The position numbers and the translations under genes are program-made. DNA of 64,000 nucleotides from Candidatus Micrarchaeota archaeon (GTDB taxonomy: Archaea > Micrarchaeota > Micrarchaeia > Anstonellales > Anstonellaceae). Below, in pieces: positions 1-8,850 of the stretch (position 1 is the first letter of the stretch; every line of letters begins with the position of its first letter). The DNA lies in assembly GCA_018304295.1 (NCBI GenBank), contig JAGVWK010000001.1, positions 11,134 to 75,133 of the forward strand, in the 5' to 3' direction. Under the pieces are notes generated by a model, which worked only from the letters and a program-made list of their open reading frames with translations, did no database searches and was not told the DNA's origin.

Positions 1-1
1 A

Positions 2-562
2 CTCGCAAGCTCGTCAAAGAGCCGGAAGAAACTGATGAAAAAGATTTTCAAGGGCTTTTCGTGCGTTAAGCCGAAAATCAATGAAAAACTGTCTAAGCCG
101 TATCACGCATGCGCAAAAAGGCTTGCCGAAAAGAAAGCGGAGAATGTTGCAAGGAAAGTTGCAAATTCCGTTACCATAGGTTCTGATACGATTATTGTTT
201 GCAATGGCAAGGTCATACGAAAAACCGGCAGCGAAAAAATTGCGCGCGCCTCCCTGAAATTCATTTCAGGCAAAAAATGCACTGCGCATACCGGCGTGTG
301 CGTTGTGTGCAGGAAAGGCGGGCAAACTGTAAGGGGCGTTTCTTTTGTTTCCAGTGCATCATTTCTGGTGCGAAAATTAAGCGATGCGCAAATTCTCTGG
401 TACATAAAGACCGGCGAGCCGTTTTACAAGGGAGGCTGCATTGCGGTTGAGGGAAAGGGAAAGAAATTCGTGCGAAAAATTATCGGGGAAAGCGCGTGCA
501 TACAGGGCTTGCCGGTAAAGAGGCTGAAAAAAGAGATTGCTAAATTCCGCTCCTTTTTATAA
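2..562 (+). CDS. maf: Maf-family nucleoside triphosphate pyrophosphatase (5'-truncated by window edge)
   Basis: Frame is open upstream of the ATG at 35 and reads LASSSKSRKKL (Maf N-terminal motif). Also IGSDTII, GEPFYKGG and IQGLP. Confidence 0.85.
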   Translation, partial: LASSSKSRKKLMKKIFKGFSCVKPKINEKLSKPYHACAKRLAEKKAENVARKVANSVTIGSDTIIVCNGKVIRKTGSEKIARASLKFISGKKCTAHTGVCVVCRKGGQTVRGVSFVSSASFLVRKLSDAQILWYIKTGEPFYKGGCIAVEGKGKKFVRKIIGESACIQGLPVKRLKKEIAKFRSFL

Positions 563-1310
563 TGCCCAGCACTTCCTTGTGCACAAGGGAATTTGAAAAA
601 AGGAATGCGCGCGTTGAAAGGGAGTATTTTTTCCCGTGCAAATCAGTAACCCTGCCTCCTGCTTCTTCAAGGATGAGCGCGGAAGCTGCAAAATCATATG
701 CGCGTAGGCGGAATTCCACGCACGCGTCCGCTTTCCCGTTTGCGCACCAGAGTATTTCATATACGGCTGCGCCAAGGTTGAGCATTTTAAAAGAGCGCGA
801 GGAAAGCCTCCCAATAAGGCGCAAATAATCCTTGTTTTCGCATTGGAAGCAGGAGTCGGCAAGTATCTGGCATTTTGAGAATGGCTTTCTTTTTGAAACG
901 CGCATCCTTTTGCCGTTGCAGAATGCGCCCTTTCCCTTTTGCGCCCAGTAAAGCTCCCTATGCTCCGGAAGAAAAACCGCGCCTGCCTGCACAATTCCCT
1001 TATGTGCAAATGCGACCGAGCAGCCGTAAAGGGGTATTCCGAATGCGTAGTTGTTTGTGCCGTCTATGGGGTCTATTACCCAAATGTTTTCGCTTTTCTC
1101 GTTTTCATGGCCGCACTCCTCTGAGTAGATGCCGTCTTTTGGGAAAGCAGCGCGTATTATGCGCAGAACCTTTTTTTCCGCAGCCAAATCCGCGCTTGTA
1201 ACAAAGTCTTTTTCGGATTTATTATGTATTTTAGCCTTTCCAAAGCTGCGCTTTGCAACCATTCCGCCTTCATAAGCGGCCTTTTTTGCAATTTCAAGGA
1301 TGGAAGGCAT
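540..1310 (-). CDS. suhB: Inositol monophosphatase family (SuhB/FBPase-IMPase)
   Basis: DFVTSAD, SEE, WVIDPIDGTNNY and YDFAA motifs. Confidence 0.92.
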   Translation of the reverse strand: MPSILEIAKKAAYEGGMVAKRSFGKAKIHNKSEKDFVTSADLAAEKKVLRIIRAAFPKDGIYSEECGHENEKSENIWVIDPIDGTNNYAFGIPLYGCSVAFAHKGIVQAGAVFLPEHRELYWAQKGKGAFCNGKRMRVSKRKPFSKCQILADSCFQCENKDYLRLIGRLSSRSFKMLNLGAAVYEILWCANGKADACVEFRLRAYDFAASALILEEAGGRVTDLHGKKYSLSTRAFLFSNSLVHKEVLGIIKRSGI

Positions 1311-1366
1311 GCTAAAATAAGCAGCGAGAGGAATAAAAAGGAGCTGGAATTACCAAAATGATAAAA

Positions 1367-1545
1367 CCTCCGGAAAGAGCGTTCGCTCTTTACGGCCCAT
1401 TCGCCGCAAGGCGAATAGGGCAGGAGGCGCTAAGGGAAAAGCTTGTTGCCCCCGCTGGTGCTTGTGTTGCGCCAAGGGGGTGAAACCTTAGGGGTAATAA
1501 GTGGAACGCTTGTGTTCCCCCTAGGTGCCAGTGGAAAGTTACCCC
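1367..1545 (+). ncRNA. Candidate structured non-coding RNA, family unknown
   Basis: Nested helices: CCTCC/GGAGG encloses AAAGAGC-GTTC-GCTCTTT and GCCCATTCGCC-GCAA-GGCGAATAGGGC. Also TTGCCCCC/GGGGGTGA and GGGGTAA/TTACCCC. G-U wobbles and a GNRA loop favour the + strand. Confidence 0.55.
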
Positions 1546-1551
1546 TTCACA

Positions 1552-1563
1552 GCTTTATAAAGC
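1552..1563. promoter_or_regulatory. Palindromic TATA box (GCTTTATAAAGC)
   Basis: TTTATAAA lies about 30 nt upstream of the ATG at 1595, which also has a GGTGA Shine-Dalgarno. Confidence 0.6.
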
Positions 1564-1594
1564 CTATTTTGAGCCTTCTTTTTTGGTGATTTGA

Positions 1595-1777
1595 ATGAAA
1601 ATGGACATCGCAAACTCAAGCTTTGAAGAAGTGCAGTTCGTGATTGAAAAATTGCGCAATTTCGGCATGGAGGCAAAAGTGTCAAGAAAGTTTGGCAGGC
1701 CGGTGCTGGAAACAACCGACGTGAAGCAGGAGAGGCACATGATAGAGGAGCTGGATGTTGCCGGGATATGCTTCTGA
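1595..1777 (+). CDS. Small hypothetical protein, possible antitoxin
   Basis: 60-aa ORF with its own TATA box and GGTGA RBS. It precedes a toxin-like fragment. Confidence 0.55.
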   Translation: MKMDIANSSFEEVQFVIEKLRNFGMEAKVSRKFGRPVLETTDVKQERHMIEELDVAGICF

Positions 1778-1964
1778 TTTTTATTCTAGTGGCGGCGTTT
1801 TTTCTGGCTTTTCTGCCGCCCAACCCCTCCCACAAGGTGAAAAATATGCGCAATTAGATGCTAACGGGCGCGGTTTGATTATAGGGAAGAGGAAGATTTT
1901 TTTTGTGCTGCGCTGTTTTGCATCGCACAAGGAATATGAAAAATGGTATGAAAAACTCATGTAA
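1755..1964 (+). pseudogene. Degenerate RelE/HigB-like toxin fragment
   Basis: C-terminus FVLRCFASHKEYEKW resembles ILHFVGDHKNYEHW of the toxin at 22318. No convincing N-terminus or start. Confidence 0.35.
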
Positions 1965-2020
1965 TCTGGATTGATGCTGAAGCTAAGAAAAATAAATAAA
2001 AAAGAAAAAGCAGAGAGAAC

Positions 2021-2329
2021 TTATCCAAAGAGCGATGCAAGGCCTTCTGCTGCCGCCTCTTCCTTCTTTGCATTGTCCTCAGGCTTCTTTTCCTCTTTCT
2101 TCTCGCCTGCTGCGGGAGCTGCGACGGCTGCTGCTGCGACCGGCATTGCCGCCGCTTTCAGAAGCTCCTCAAAGCTCACGCCTTTTACGGCTTCGGCAAG
2201 GACTTTCGCCTTTGCCTCGTCCGGCGTTACACCTGCGGCTTTGAGCACCCCCTCAATGTTTGAGGTGGAAAGCTCCTTGCCTGCTCCCTGCAGGAGCAAT
2301 ACTGCGTGCAGATATGGGTCTATTTTCAT
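2021..2329 (-). CDS. rpl12p: Ribosomal stalk protein P1 (L12p)
   Basis: Ala-rich hinge and EEAAAEGLASLFG C-terminus. GGAGGT RBS precedes MKIDPY. Confidence 0.95.
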   Translation of the reverse strand: MKIDPYLHAVLLLQGAGKELSTSNIEGVLKAAGVTPDEAKAKVLAEAVKGVSFEELLKAAAMPVAAAAVAAPAAGEKKEEKKPEDNAKKEEAAAEGLASLFG

Positions 2330-2343
2330 AATATAACCTCCGT

Positions 2344-3240
2344 TCAAGCTTGTGTCTTGTTCTCAAGGTTCCCGACTTTGCTGCTTAGAGTTTCTCCAAG
2401 CAGCACGGCTTGGGTTAGAAGCAACTCGGAAGAAGCGTCCGAGTAAACCCCTCCGTTTATCGCAAGGTTATTTCCCTGCGAATACGCGTCTTTTAGGAGC
2501 GCGTCTATGTTCTGTGATGTCGGGTATGAGCAGTTATATGAAACATTGAAAGACTGCGCAAGGCAGTTTTGCAAATCCGCGAAAAGCTGCGCCTGGTCAA
2601 TGTCAAGCACTGATGCGCCGTATACTTTCCCTTCCTCCACGGCAGCCACCATGTTGAGCCTTGCCTCAAATGGGAAGATGTTGAGCTTGGAGAGCGCCTT
2701 GCACACTGCGTCGGATATTTTTGCGCCACTTTTTGCAACTATAGAGTCCTTTGCAACAATTATCTTGCCGCCCTTTATCTGTGCATTTATGCCCGCGCCC
2801 TTAAGCTCCGAGAGAGCCGGGCCCGGAGGCAGGTCTGTTTCGCCCTCGTGCACCACAATGTCAAAGGGCGCAAGCTGCCCGGGCTTTGCAGCAACGCTGC
2901 TCTTGTTTGTCTTGAAAAATGTGAAAAGCGCGTAGGGGGTCATGTCTGAGAGCACAAGCGCAGTCGGGCTTTTTATCTCGGAAGAAAGAATTGATGCCTT
3001 CTTGGAGCTTTCAAGCGCCTTTTTTATCACGCTGTTCTTTGCAACTATTATGTCCGCCTTTCCGCGAAGCTTCTTGCGTGCAGCCTGCAGCAGCCTGTCG
3101 GGGAGCGCGCGGATGTCTATTGCCGCAACAACCGGCTTTTCCCCTATCCACTGCACGAGCTTTTTCACCTGTGCCTCTTTTTTGGAGATTGCGCTGCTGT
3201 GCCTTTTGGCTGACTTTTGGCCCGGTTTTTTCCTTGTCAT
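2344..3240 (-). CDS. rplP0: Ribosomal protein uL10 (P0)
   Basis: VAKN, AKPGQLAPFDIVV and GETDLPPGP motifs. Lies between L1 and P1. Confidence 0.93.
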   Translation of the reverse strand: MTRKKPGQKSAKRHSSAISKKEAQVKKLVQWIGEKPVVAAIDIRALPDRLLQAARKKLRGKADIIVAKNSVIKKALESSKKASILSSEIKSPTALVLSDMTPYALFTFFKTNKSSVAAKPGQLAPFDIVVHEGETDLPPGPALSELKGAGINAQIKGGKIIVAKDSIVAKSGAKISDAVCKALSKLNIFPFEARLNMVAAVEEGKVYGASVLDIDQAQLFADLQNCLAQSFNVSYNCSYPTSQNIDALLKDAYSQGNNLAINGGVYSDASSELLLTQAVLLGETLSSKVGNLENKTQA

Positions 3241-3266
3241 GAGTATCACCATTTATCCTGCATGCC

Positions 3267-3923
3267 TTATGCGGCTTTTGCAGCCTCTACTTTCACGGCC
3301 TTGCCCATGCTCAGCTTAACATACGATGATTTTATGGACGGCTCCGTAACCTTTGCCTTCACTTTCTCGTATGCAAACTCAAAATTGTCAGCCAACTCCT
3401 CTATTGGCATGCCCTCGCTGCCTATAAGGCACTGCACTACGGGCAGGTATTTGCCCCTTGAGGTGAGCTTCACCCTGTTTTTTGCCTGCCTTATTGCCTC
3501 AACCGTGCTTATGCCTGCAATGGGCTTTGGAAGCTTTCCCTTTGAGCCAAGCCGCTGCCCAAGGGCTTTTCCCACCGCAATCATGAGCGAGGGCTGTGCT
3601 ATGAACTCGTATTCCTTTGCCATCAGGGAAAGGCGGTTCTTGTCGGCCGCAAGCTTTGTTATGCCTGCCGCGTCAAATATGTCCGCAGGCGCAATGCCCG
3701 CATTCTTTGCCTCAAGGGCAACCTGCCCGTCGCCAAAAACAGCGACCTTTTGCTCCTTGCCCTTTCCCTTTGGGAGTATTATGTCAAGGTTCAGGCGGTT
3801 TTCAGGCTTGGAAAAGTTTATGCCTCGGAAATTCACTATAAATTCCACAGACTGGGAGAACTTGCGCTTTCCCTTGTCTTCAAGCGCCCTTGTAAGGGCC
3901 GAAATGGTTGTTTTCCTGTCCAT
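3267..3923 (-). CDS. rpl1: Ribosomal protein uL1
   Basis: RKFSQSVEFIVN, LPKGKGK and GKLPKP motifs. GGAGG RBS precedes MDRK. Confidence 0.95.
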   Translation of the reverse strand: MDRKTTISALTRALEDKGKRKFSQSVEFIVNFRGINFSKPENRLNLDIILPKGKGKEQKVAVFGDGQVALEAKNAGIAPADIFDAAGITKLAADKNRLSLMAKEYEFIAQPSLMIAVGKALGQRLGSKGKLPKPIAGISTVEAIRQAKNRVKLTSRGKYLPVVQCLIGSEGMPIEELADNFEFAYEKVKAKVTEPSIKSSYVKLSMGKAVKVEAAKAA

Positions 3924-4103
3924 GCAATCCCTCCTGCTTATAGCAGTGATGCAGGCAATGCCTGCTAGCGGGAAAATCAGAAGATGCGCATGCATCATGC
4001 GGATTTTACCTTAAGGTTATGTTCCTATTATGGATGCAAAAGTTTTAATAAATATGCAAGCAATACAAATGCCCTTATTTGCTATTTATTGGGAGGGAAG
4101 GCT

Positions 4104-5330
4104 ATGGAAAACTATGACGTTATAGTGGTAGGCGCAGGTCCGGGCGGCTCAACGGCTGCTGCGTACCTTGGAAGGTCGGGGTTCAACGTGCTCTTGCTTG
4201 ACAAGGCAAAATTCCCCCGCGACAAGATATGCGGGGACGCGGTGAGCGGAAAATCCATGAACGTGATAAAGGAGTTCGCCCTTGAGGAGGAGATACAAAA
4301 GGATGCACGCCACGGCAATATTTACGGGGTAATTTTCTCAGGCACGGATGGGAAAACAGTGGAAATACCTTTTGCAGCCGCAAAGGACAAGGGCCGCCCG
4401 CCCGGATACACGCTCCCAAGGATTGCAACTGACAACATACTTTTCCAGAATGCAAAAAAATACGCAAAAGTGAAAGAGGGCTTTGCAATGAGCGACGTTA
4501 TTTTTGAGAACGGATATGCGGTGGGAGTAAAGGGAAGGGACATGGCAGAAGGGAAAGAGATGGAATTCCGCGCAAAGGTGGTTGTTGGGGCGGACGGGGC
4601 AGGCTCAATAGTCGCAAACAAGGCAGGAGTGGGCGCGCTTGCGCCAGAGCACGCGTGCATTGCGATACGCGCATATTACGAAGGCATAAGCGGGATGACG
4701 GACAACATTGAGATACATTTTGTTAAAGAGGCAATGCCGGGCTATTTCTGGATATTCCCAATTGGGGAGGGGAAGGCAAACGTGGGGCTTGGCATACTCA
4801 TGAAGGACGTGCAGGAAAAGAAAATGAACCTGCCTGCGCTCCTTGAGAGGATAGTTGCGCAAAATGCGAACTTTGCGCCTCGCTTTGCAAATGCGAAAAA
4901 AGTTTCAAGCGTGCAATCATGGACGCTGCCGTTTGGCTCAAAAATACGAAAAGCGCACGGGAACGGATGGATTCTTGTGGGGGATGCCGCGTCTCTTATT
5001 GACCCGTTTTCAGGCGAGGGCGTGGGGAACGCTACTGCAAGCGCAAAAATTGCGGCAAAAATAATCGCGGGCGCGCTAAAGGAGAACAACTTCTCGGAAA
5101 GTTACTTTGCGCAATACCAAAGCGAGATGGAAGCCGCGCTCAAGCCGGAGCTGCAAACAAGCTACATGCTGCAAAAGCTCGGCAGGCAGGAGTGGCTGCT
5201 GAATTTCATCATCGGGAAGGCGCACAAATCTGAAAAGGTGCGCGAAACCCTTTCCGCAATGCTTGGAAGCGAAGAGGCGAAAAAAGAGTTTGCCTCCCCG
5301 GTTTTCTACCTTAAAATGCTCTTTGCATAG
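4104..5330 (+). CDS. Geranylgeranyl reductase family FAD oxidoreductase
   Basis: GAGPGGS, FPRDKICGD, GADG, GYFWIFP and GDAASLIDPFSGEG motifs. Confidence 0.9.
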   Translation: MENYDVIVVGAGPGGSTAAAYLGRSGFNVLLLDKAKFPRDKICGDAVSGKSMNVIKEFALEEEIQKDARHGNIYGVIFSGTDGKTVEIPFAAAKDKGRPPGYTLPRIATDNILFQNAKKYAKVKEGFAMSDVIFENGYAVGVKGRDMAEGKEMEFRAKVVVGADGAGSIVANKAGVGALAPEHACIAIRAYYEGISGMTDNIEIHFVKEAMPGYFWIFPIGEGKANVGLGILMKDVQEKKMNLPALLERIVAQNANFAPRFANAKKVSSVQSWTLPFGSKIRKAHGNGWILVGDAASLIDPFSGEGVGNATASAKIAAKIIAGALKENNFSESYFAQYQSEMEAALKPELQTSYMLQKLGRQEWLLNFIIGKAHKSEKVRETLSAMLGSEEAKKEFASPVFYLKMLFA

Positions 5331-5342
5331 GAAAGTGCATTT

Positions 5343-6737
5343 ATGAGAATTGAAAAGGACTTCCTTGGAAGCGTGCAGGTGCCTGATGATGCTTACTGGG
5401 GAGTTTTCACGAAAAGGGCGAATGAAAATTTCTCCCTTAGCGGGATGAAAGCAAAGCCGGTTCTGATTAAGGCGTACGGGATTGTGAAAAAATCCGCGGC
5501 AGAGGCGAATTTTAAATTAGGGCTTCTTGAGGAGAGGAAGGCAAATGCCATAATAGCGGCTGCGCAGGAAGTGGTGGATGGGAAATTGGATGCTCATTTT
5601 CCACTTGACGCTTTTCAGGCAGGGGCGGGCACGCCCTTTAACATGAACGCAAACGAGGTAATTGCAAACCGCGCGCTTGAGATGCTTGGGGAAAAACGCG
5701 GGGAGTACTCAAAAATAAGCCCCAACAATGATGTGAACATGGCGCAGTCGTCAAATGATGTAACGCCAACCGCGATAAGGGTTGCAACGCTCCTTATGCA
5801 TGGGGAATTGCTGGAAAATGCAAATGCGCTTGCCGCTTCCCTGCGCAAAAAAGGAAAAGAATATGCGCACGTTGTGAAAACAGGAAGGACGCACTTGCAG
5901 GATGCGGTTCCCATTTCAGTGCAGCAGGAATTCAATGCGTTTGCACTTTCTATTGAAAATGACGCACAAGAGATGGAACACGCTGCAAAAAAGCTTGCAG
6001 AGCTTGGAATTGGGGGGACTGCGATTGGAACCGGGATTAATACGCACCCAAAGTTCGCAGCGCTTTGCGTTGAGAGGATTGGAAATAACTCTGGATTGGA
6101 GGTTTATGCTGGAAAAGACCTCATAGAGCTAACCTCAAGCATGAATGCGTTTTTGAATTACTCATCTGCAATGCGCTCGCTGGCGGTTTCCCTTGTGAGA
6201 ATTTCAAATGATTTGAAATTGCTCTCCTCGGGGCCAAAAACCGCAATAGGCGAATACTATTTGCCTGAAGTTGAGCCGGGCTCGTCCATAATGCCGGGGA
6301 AAATAAACCCTTCCATCCCTGAGGCCGCTGAAATGTGCGCCTTGCAGGCGATTGCATGCGACCATGCAGTGCTGCTTGCGTGCAAGGGGGGGCAGCTGCA
6401 GCTTAACATGCTCACGCCCCTTATAACATACAATGTTCTTTTTGCAAGCGAACTGCTTGCAAATGCATGCGAAATGTTCTCGCAAAAATGCATAAGCGGC
6501 ATAATTGTTGACGAGAAAAAGTGCCATGAGAACCTGTTTGGCGGGTTGATACTTGCAACCGCGCTCAACCCTTATTTTGGGTATAATGCAATGAGTGATT
6601 TGGTAAAAGAGGCGCTAAAAAGGGGAATTTCAATAAGGGAAATCATTTTGGAGAAAAAACTACTTTCAAAAGAACAGGTGGATGAGCTGCTTTCTCCTCA
6701 AAGATTAATTTCCCCGCAGGAAAAGAAAAAGCTTTGA
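5343..6737 (+). CDS. aspA: Aspartate ammonia-lyase / class II fumarase
   Basis: GRTHLQDAVP, GSSIMPGKINP and FQAGAGT motifs. AspA versus FumC cannot be resolved by eye. Confidence 0.8.
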   Translation: MRIEKDFLGSVQVPDDAYWGVFTKRANENFSLSGMKAKPVLIKAYGIVKKSAAEANFKLGLLEERKANAIIAAAQEVVDGKLDAHFPLDAFQAGAGTPFNMNANEVIANRALEMLGEKRGEYSKISPNNDVNMAQSSNDVTPTAIRVATLLMHGELLENANALAASLRKKGKEYAHVVKTGRTHLQDAVPISVQQEFNAFALSIENDAQEMEHAAKKLAELGIGGTAIGTGINTHPKFAALCVERIGNNSGLEVYAGKDLIELTSSMNAFLNYSSAMRSLAVSLVRISNDLKLLSSGPKTAIGEYYLPEVEPGSSIMPGKINPSIPEAAEMCALQAIACDHAVLLACKGGQLQLNMLTPLITYNVLFASELLANACEMFSQKCISGIIVDEKKCHENLFGGLILATALNPYFGYNAMSDLVKEALKRGISIREIILEKKLLSKEQVDELLSPQRLISPQEKKKL

Positions 6738-6748
6738 AGAGTAAAGGG

Positions 6749-7015
6749 CTAGTTTCGGTATATCCTGTTGCGATGATCGTAATCTATGAAAAGCACGATT
6801 TTTGTTTTTTCATCTACACGGAATGTTAGCACAAATGCAGAACCTATATGAACACGCTCTACGCCCTTCAGGATATTTCCAAGCTTTTTATATGTAGTGG
6901 GATCTTCTAAAATTTCTTTCATCTTTTTTGTTAATCTTTCAAAGTGAGGCCTGTCTTTTTTGCATAACTTTTTCATCTTTTCATTGAACGATTCGGTTTC
7001 TGAAGGAGTGTACAT
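6749..7015 (-). CDS. RelE/ParE-family toxin
   Basis: 88-aa basic protein with RVHIGSAFVLTF...IDYDHR. Lies in an AT-rich island and abuts an antitoxin-like ORF. Confidence 0.8.
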   Translation of the reverse strand: MYTPSETESFNEKMKKLCKKDRPHFERLTKKMKEILEDPTTYKKLGNILKGVERVHIGSAFVLTFRVDEKTKIVLFIDYDHRNRIYRN

Positions 7016-7291
7016 TTACTCATACTCCTTCACCATCTCCTCAAAGGTCTCGTAGGCATATTGCTTTTCCTTTAAGAGTCTTTTTATTTTTTTTACATAC
7101 TCTTTGCTGAGAGGCGGCTCATGAATAGCTTCATTTTCGCTTGTGGGTGTTTTGAAGACCATTTTTGTTTTGTTTTGGAATGCGCCTTCCGACATATCAT
7201 GAATTTTATTTTTTATTTCTTCAATACGTGGAGAAGTTAAATTGGGGAAATGGTACGTTTCAAAACCTGCATGCGAACCAAATGGCGCCAT
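7016..7291 (-). CDS. Putative antitoxin
   Basis: Abuts the toxin start. C-terminus PPLSKEYVKKIKR...YETFEEM is typical of archaeal RelE partners. Confidence 0.6.
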   Translation of the reverse strand: MAPFGSHAGFETYHFPNLTSPRIEEIKNKIHDMSEGAFQNKTKMVFKTPTSENEAIHEPPLSKEYVKKIKRLLKEKQYAYETFEEMVKEYE

Positions 7292-7297
7292 ACTGAC

Positions 7298-7564
7298 CTA
7301 CTCCCTTTTTCCCTCAATTTGCTCCACAGCTACTTTCAAGGCATTTAGTATTGATTTGATTATGATATACGGGGATTCTGCATCGGTATTGCTGATTCTG
7401 ATAAAATGGGTTTTCATAGAAACAGTTCCATCTGTCTTGTCTTTTTTATAGTCATCAACAAAAGCGACAGTGGCTATGTATTTCTTTCTTTGGAATTTTT
7501 TATCTAGCAATGCTTGCAAATTGTCTTTAAGTTGGTCGAGATCCTTTTGCTGCATAGTTACCAA
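7298..7564 (-). CDS. Hypothetical protein
   Basis: 88-aa ORF with an AGGT RBS, co-oriented with the TA pair in the AT-rich island. Confidence 0.6.
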   Translation of the reverse strand: MVTMQQKDLDQLKDNLQALLDKKFQRKKYIATVAFVDDYKKDKTDGTVSMKTHFIRISNTDAESPYIIIKSILNALKVAVEQIEGKRE

Positions 7565-7628
7565 TCTCTGTGCTACCTTTTAATGGTTTTTGGTCGTTGT
7601 GGCTTAAATGTTTTTCTGTCTGGGCATG

Positions 7629-8807
7629 TTAGATTTGCGCAACGCCTTCTTTTCTTGCGGCTTCCACTACTTTCTGTGCAACGAATTTGTGCAGCCCTTC
7701 TTCAAAAGCAGCAGGCACTATGTAGTTTTCTTTCAGGCCCCTTTCCTGCGCAAACCGCGCAATTGCAAGCGCGGCAGCAAGCTTCATTCCTTCTGTAATC
7801 TGCTTTGCGCGGCAGTCAAGGGCACCCCTGAAAATTCCGGGGAACGCAAGCACGTTGTTTACCTGATTGTCAAGGTCGCTTCGCGCGCTTGCGTATATTT
7901 TGCAGCCTGCCGCCTTTGCGTCCTCGTGAGTTATTTCAGGCACGGGGTTGGAGAGCGCGAATATTATTGGATTTTCGCCCATTGCTTTCGCTTGCTCCTG
8001 TTTTAGTGCCCCTGCAACTGAAGCGCCGATGAATACGTCCGCGCTCTTTATAACGTCGGAAAGCTTTCCGCACGCCATGTGCGGAAGCACCGCCCCAAAC
8101 TCTTTTTTGTATTGCTCAAGGTCGCTTCGCGCGCTGCATATTGCGCCCTTGCTGTCAAGCACGACAAGGTTTTTTATGCCGTATTCTGTTAGAAGCTTTG
8201 AGATTGCTATGCCTGCCGCTCCCGCGCCATTCACAACAACCTTGGCGCTTTTTGCATCCCTGCCGGTTACCTTAAGCGCGTTTATCAAAGCCGCAAGCAC
8301 TACGACTGCGGTCCCATGCTGGTCGTCGTGAAACACTGGAATGCCAAGAGTTTTTTTGAGCGTGGCTTCAACCTCAAAGCATTTGGGGGATTCTATGTCC
8401 TCAAGAAGGATTGCGCCAAAGCATGGGGAGATGAGCCTTACCGTGCGGATTATTTCATCCTTGTCCTTTGTTGCAAGGCAAATGGGGAATGCGTCTATTT
8501 TGGCGAACTCACACAGGAGAGCGGCTTTTCCCTCCATTACGGGTATTGCTGCCAATGGGCCAATGTCCCCAAGCCCAAGCACGCGCGTCCCATCGGACAC
8601 TATTGCGACCGAATTTCCCTTTAGCGTGAGCGCATATGCAGAAGAAGGGTTATTTTTTACCTCGTTGCACACTGCTGCCACGCCGGGAGTGTATGCAAGG
8701 GAAAGCGCATGGCGGTCTTTTATGGGCGCTTTGGAGCAGGTGCGCAGCTTTCCGCCAAGGCGGCGGTGAAACTCCAGAGATTGGTTTCCTATGTCCAACA
8801 AGAACAC
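7629..8807 (-). CDS. mae: NAD(P)-dependent malic enzyme
   Basis: AYTPGVA, VMEGKA, LEDI, VFHDDQHGT, GAGAAG and NQVNNVLAFPGIFRG motifs. Exact start uncertain. Confidence 0.93.
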   Translation of the reverse strand: MFLLDIGNQSLEFHRRLGGKLRTCSKAPIKDRHALSLAYTPGVAAVCNEVKNNPSSAYALTLKGNSVAIVSDGTRVLGLGDIGPLAAIPVMEGKAALLCEFAKIDAFPICLATKDKDEIIRTVRLISPCFGAILLEDIESPKCFEVEATLKKTLGIPVFHDDQHGTAVVVLAALINALKVTGRDAKSAKVVVNGAGAAGIAISKLLTEYGIKNLVVLDSKGAICSARSDLEQYKKEFGAVLPHMACGKLSDVIKSADVFIGASVAGALKQEQAKAMGENPIIFALSNPVPEITHEDAKAAGCKIYASARSDLDNQVNNVLAFPGIFRGALDCRAKQITEGMKLAAALAIARFAQERGLKENYIVPAAFEEGLHKFVAQKVVEAARKEGVAQI

Positions 8808-8850
8808 CGACTTATCTTATTACAGCAGTTGCCCGTTGCGCAGCAGTCCC

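Noticed and set aside
1358-1483. 41-codon ORF MIKPPERAF... over the structured region
   Set aside because: No RBS or recognisable protein features. The base-pairing pattern explains the sequence better.
1531-1550. GGAAAGTT motif faintly like RNase P RNA CR-I
   Set aside because: No matching CR-V/P4 partner in the right order, and the motif lies at the 3' end of the structure.
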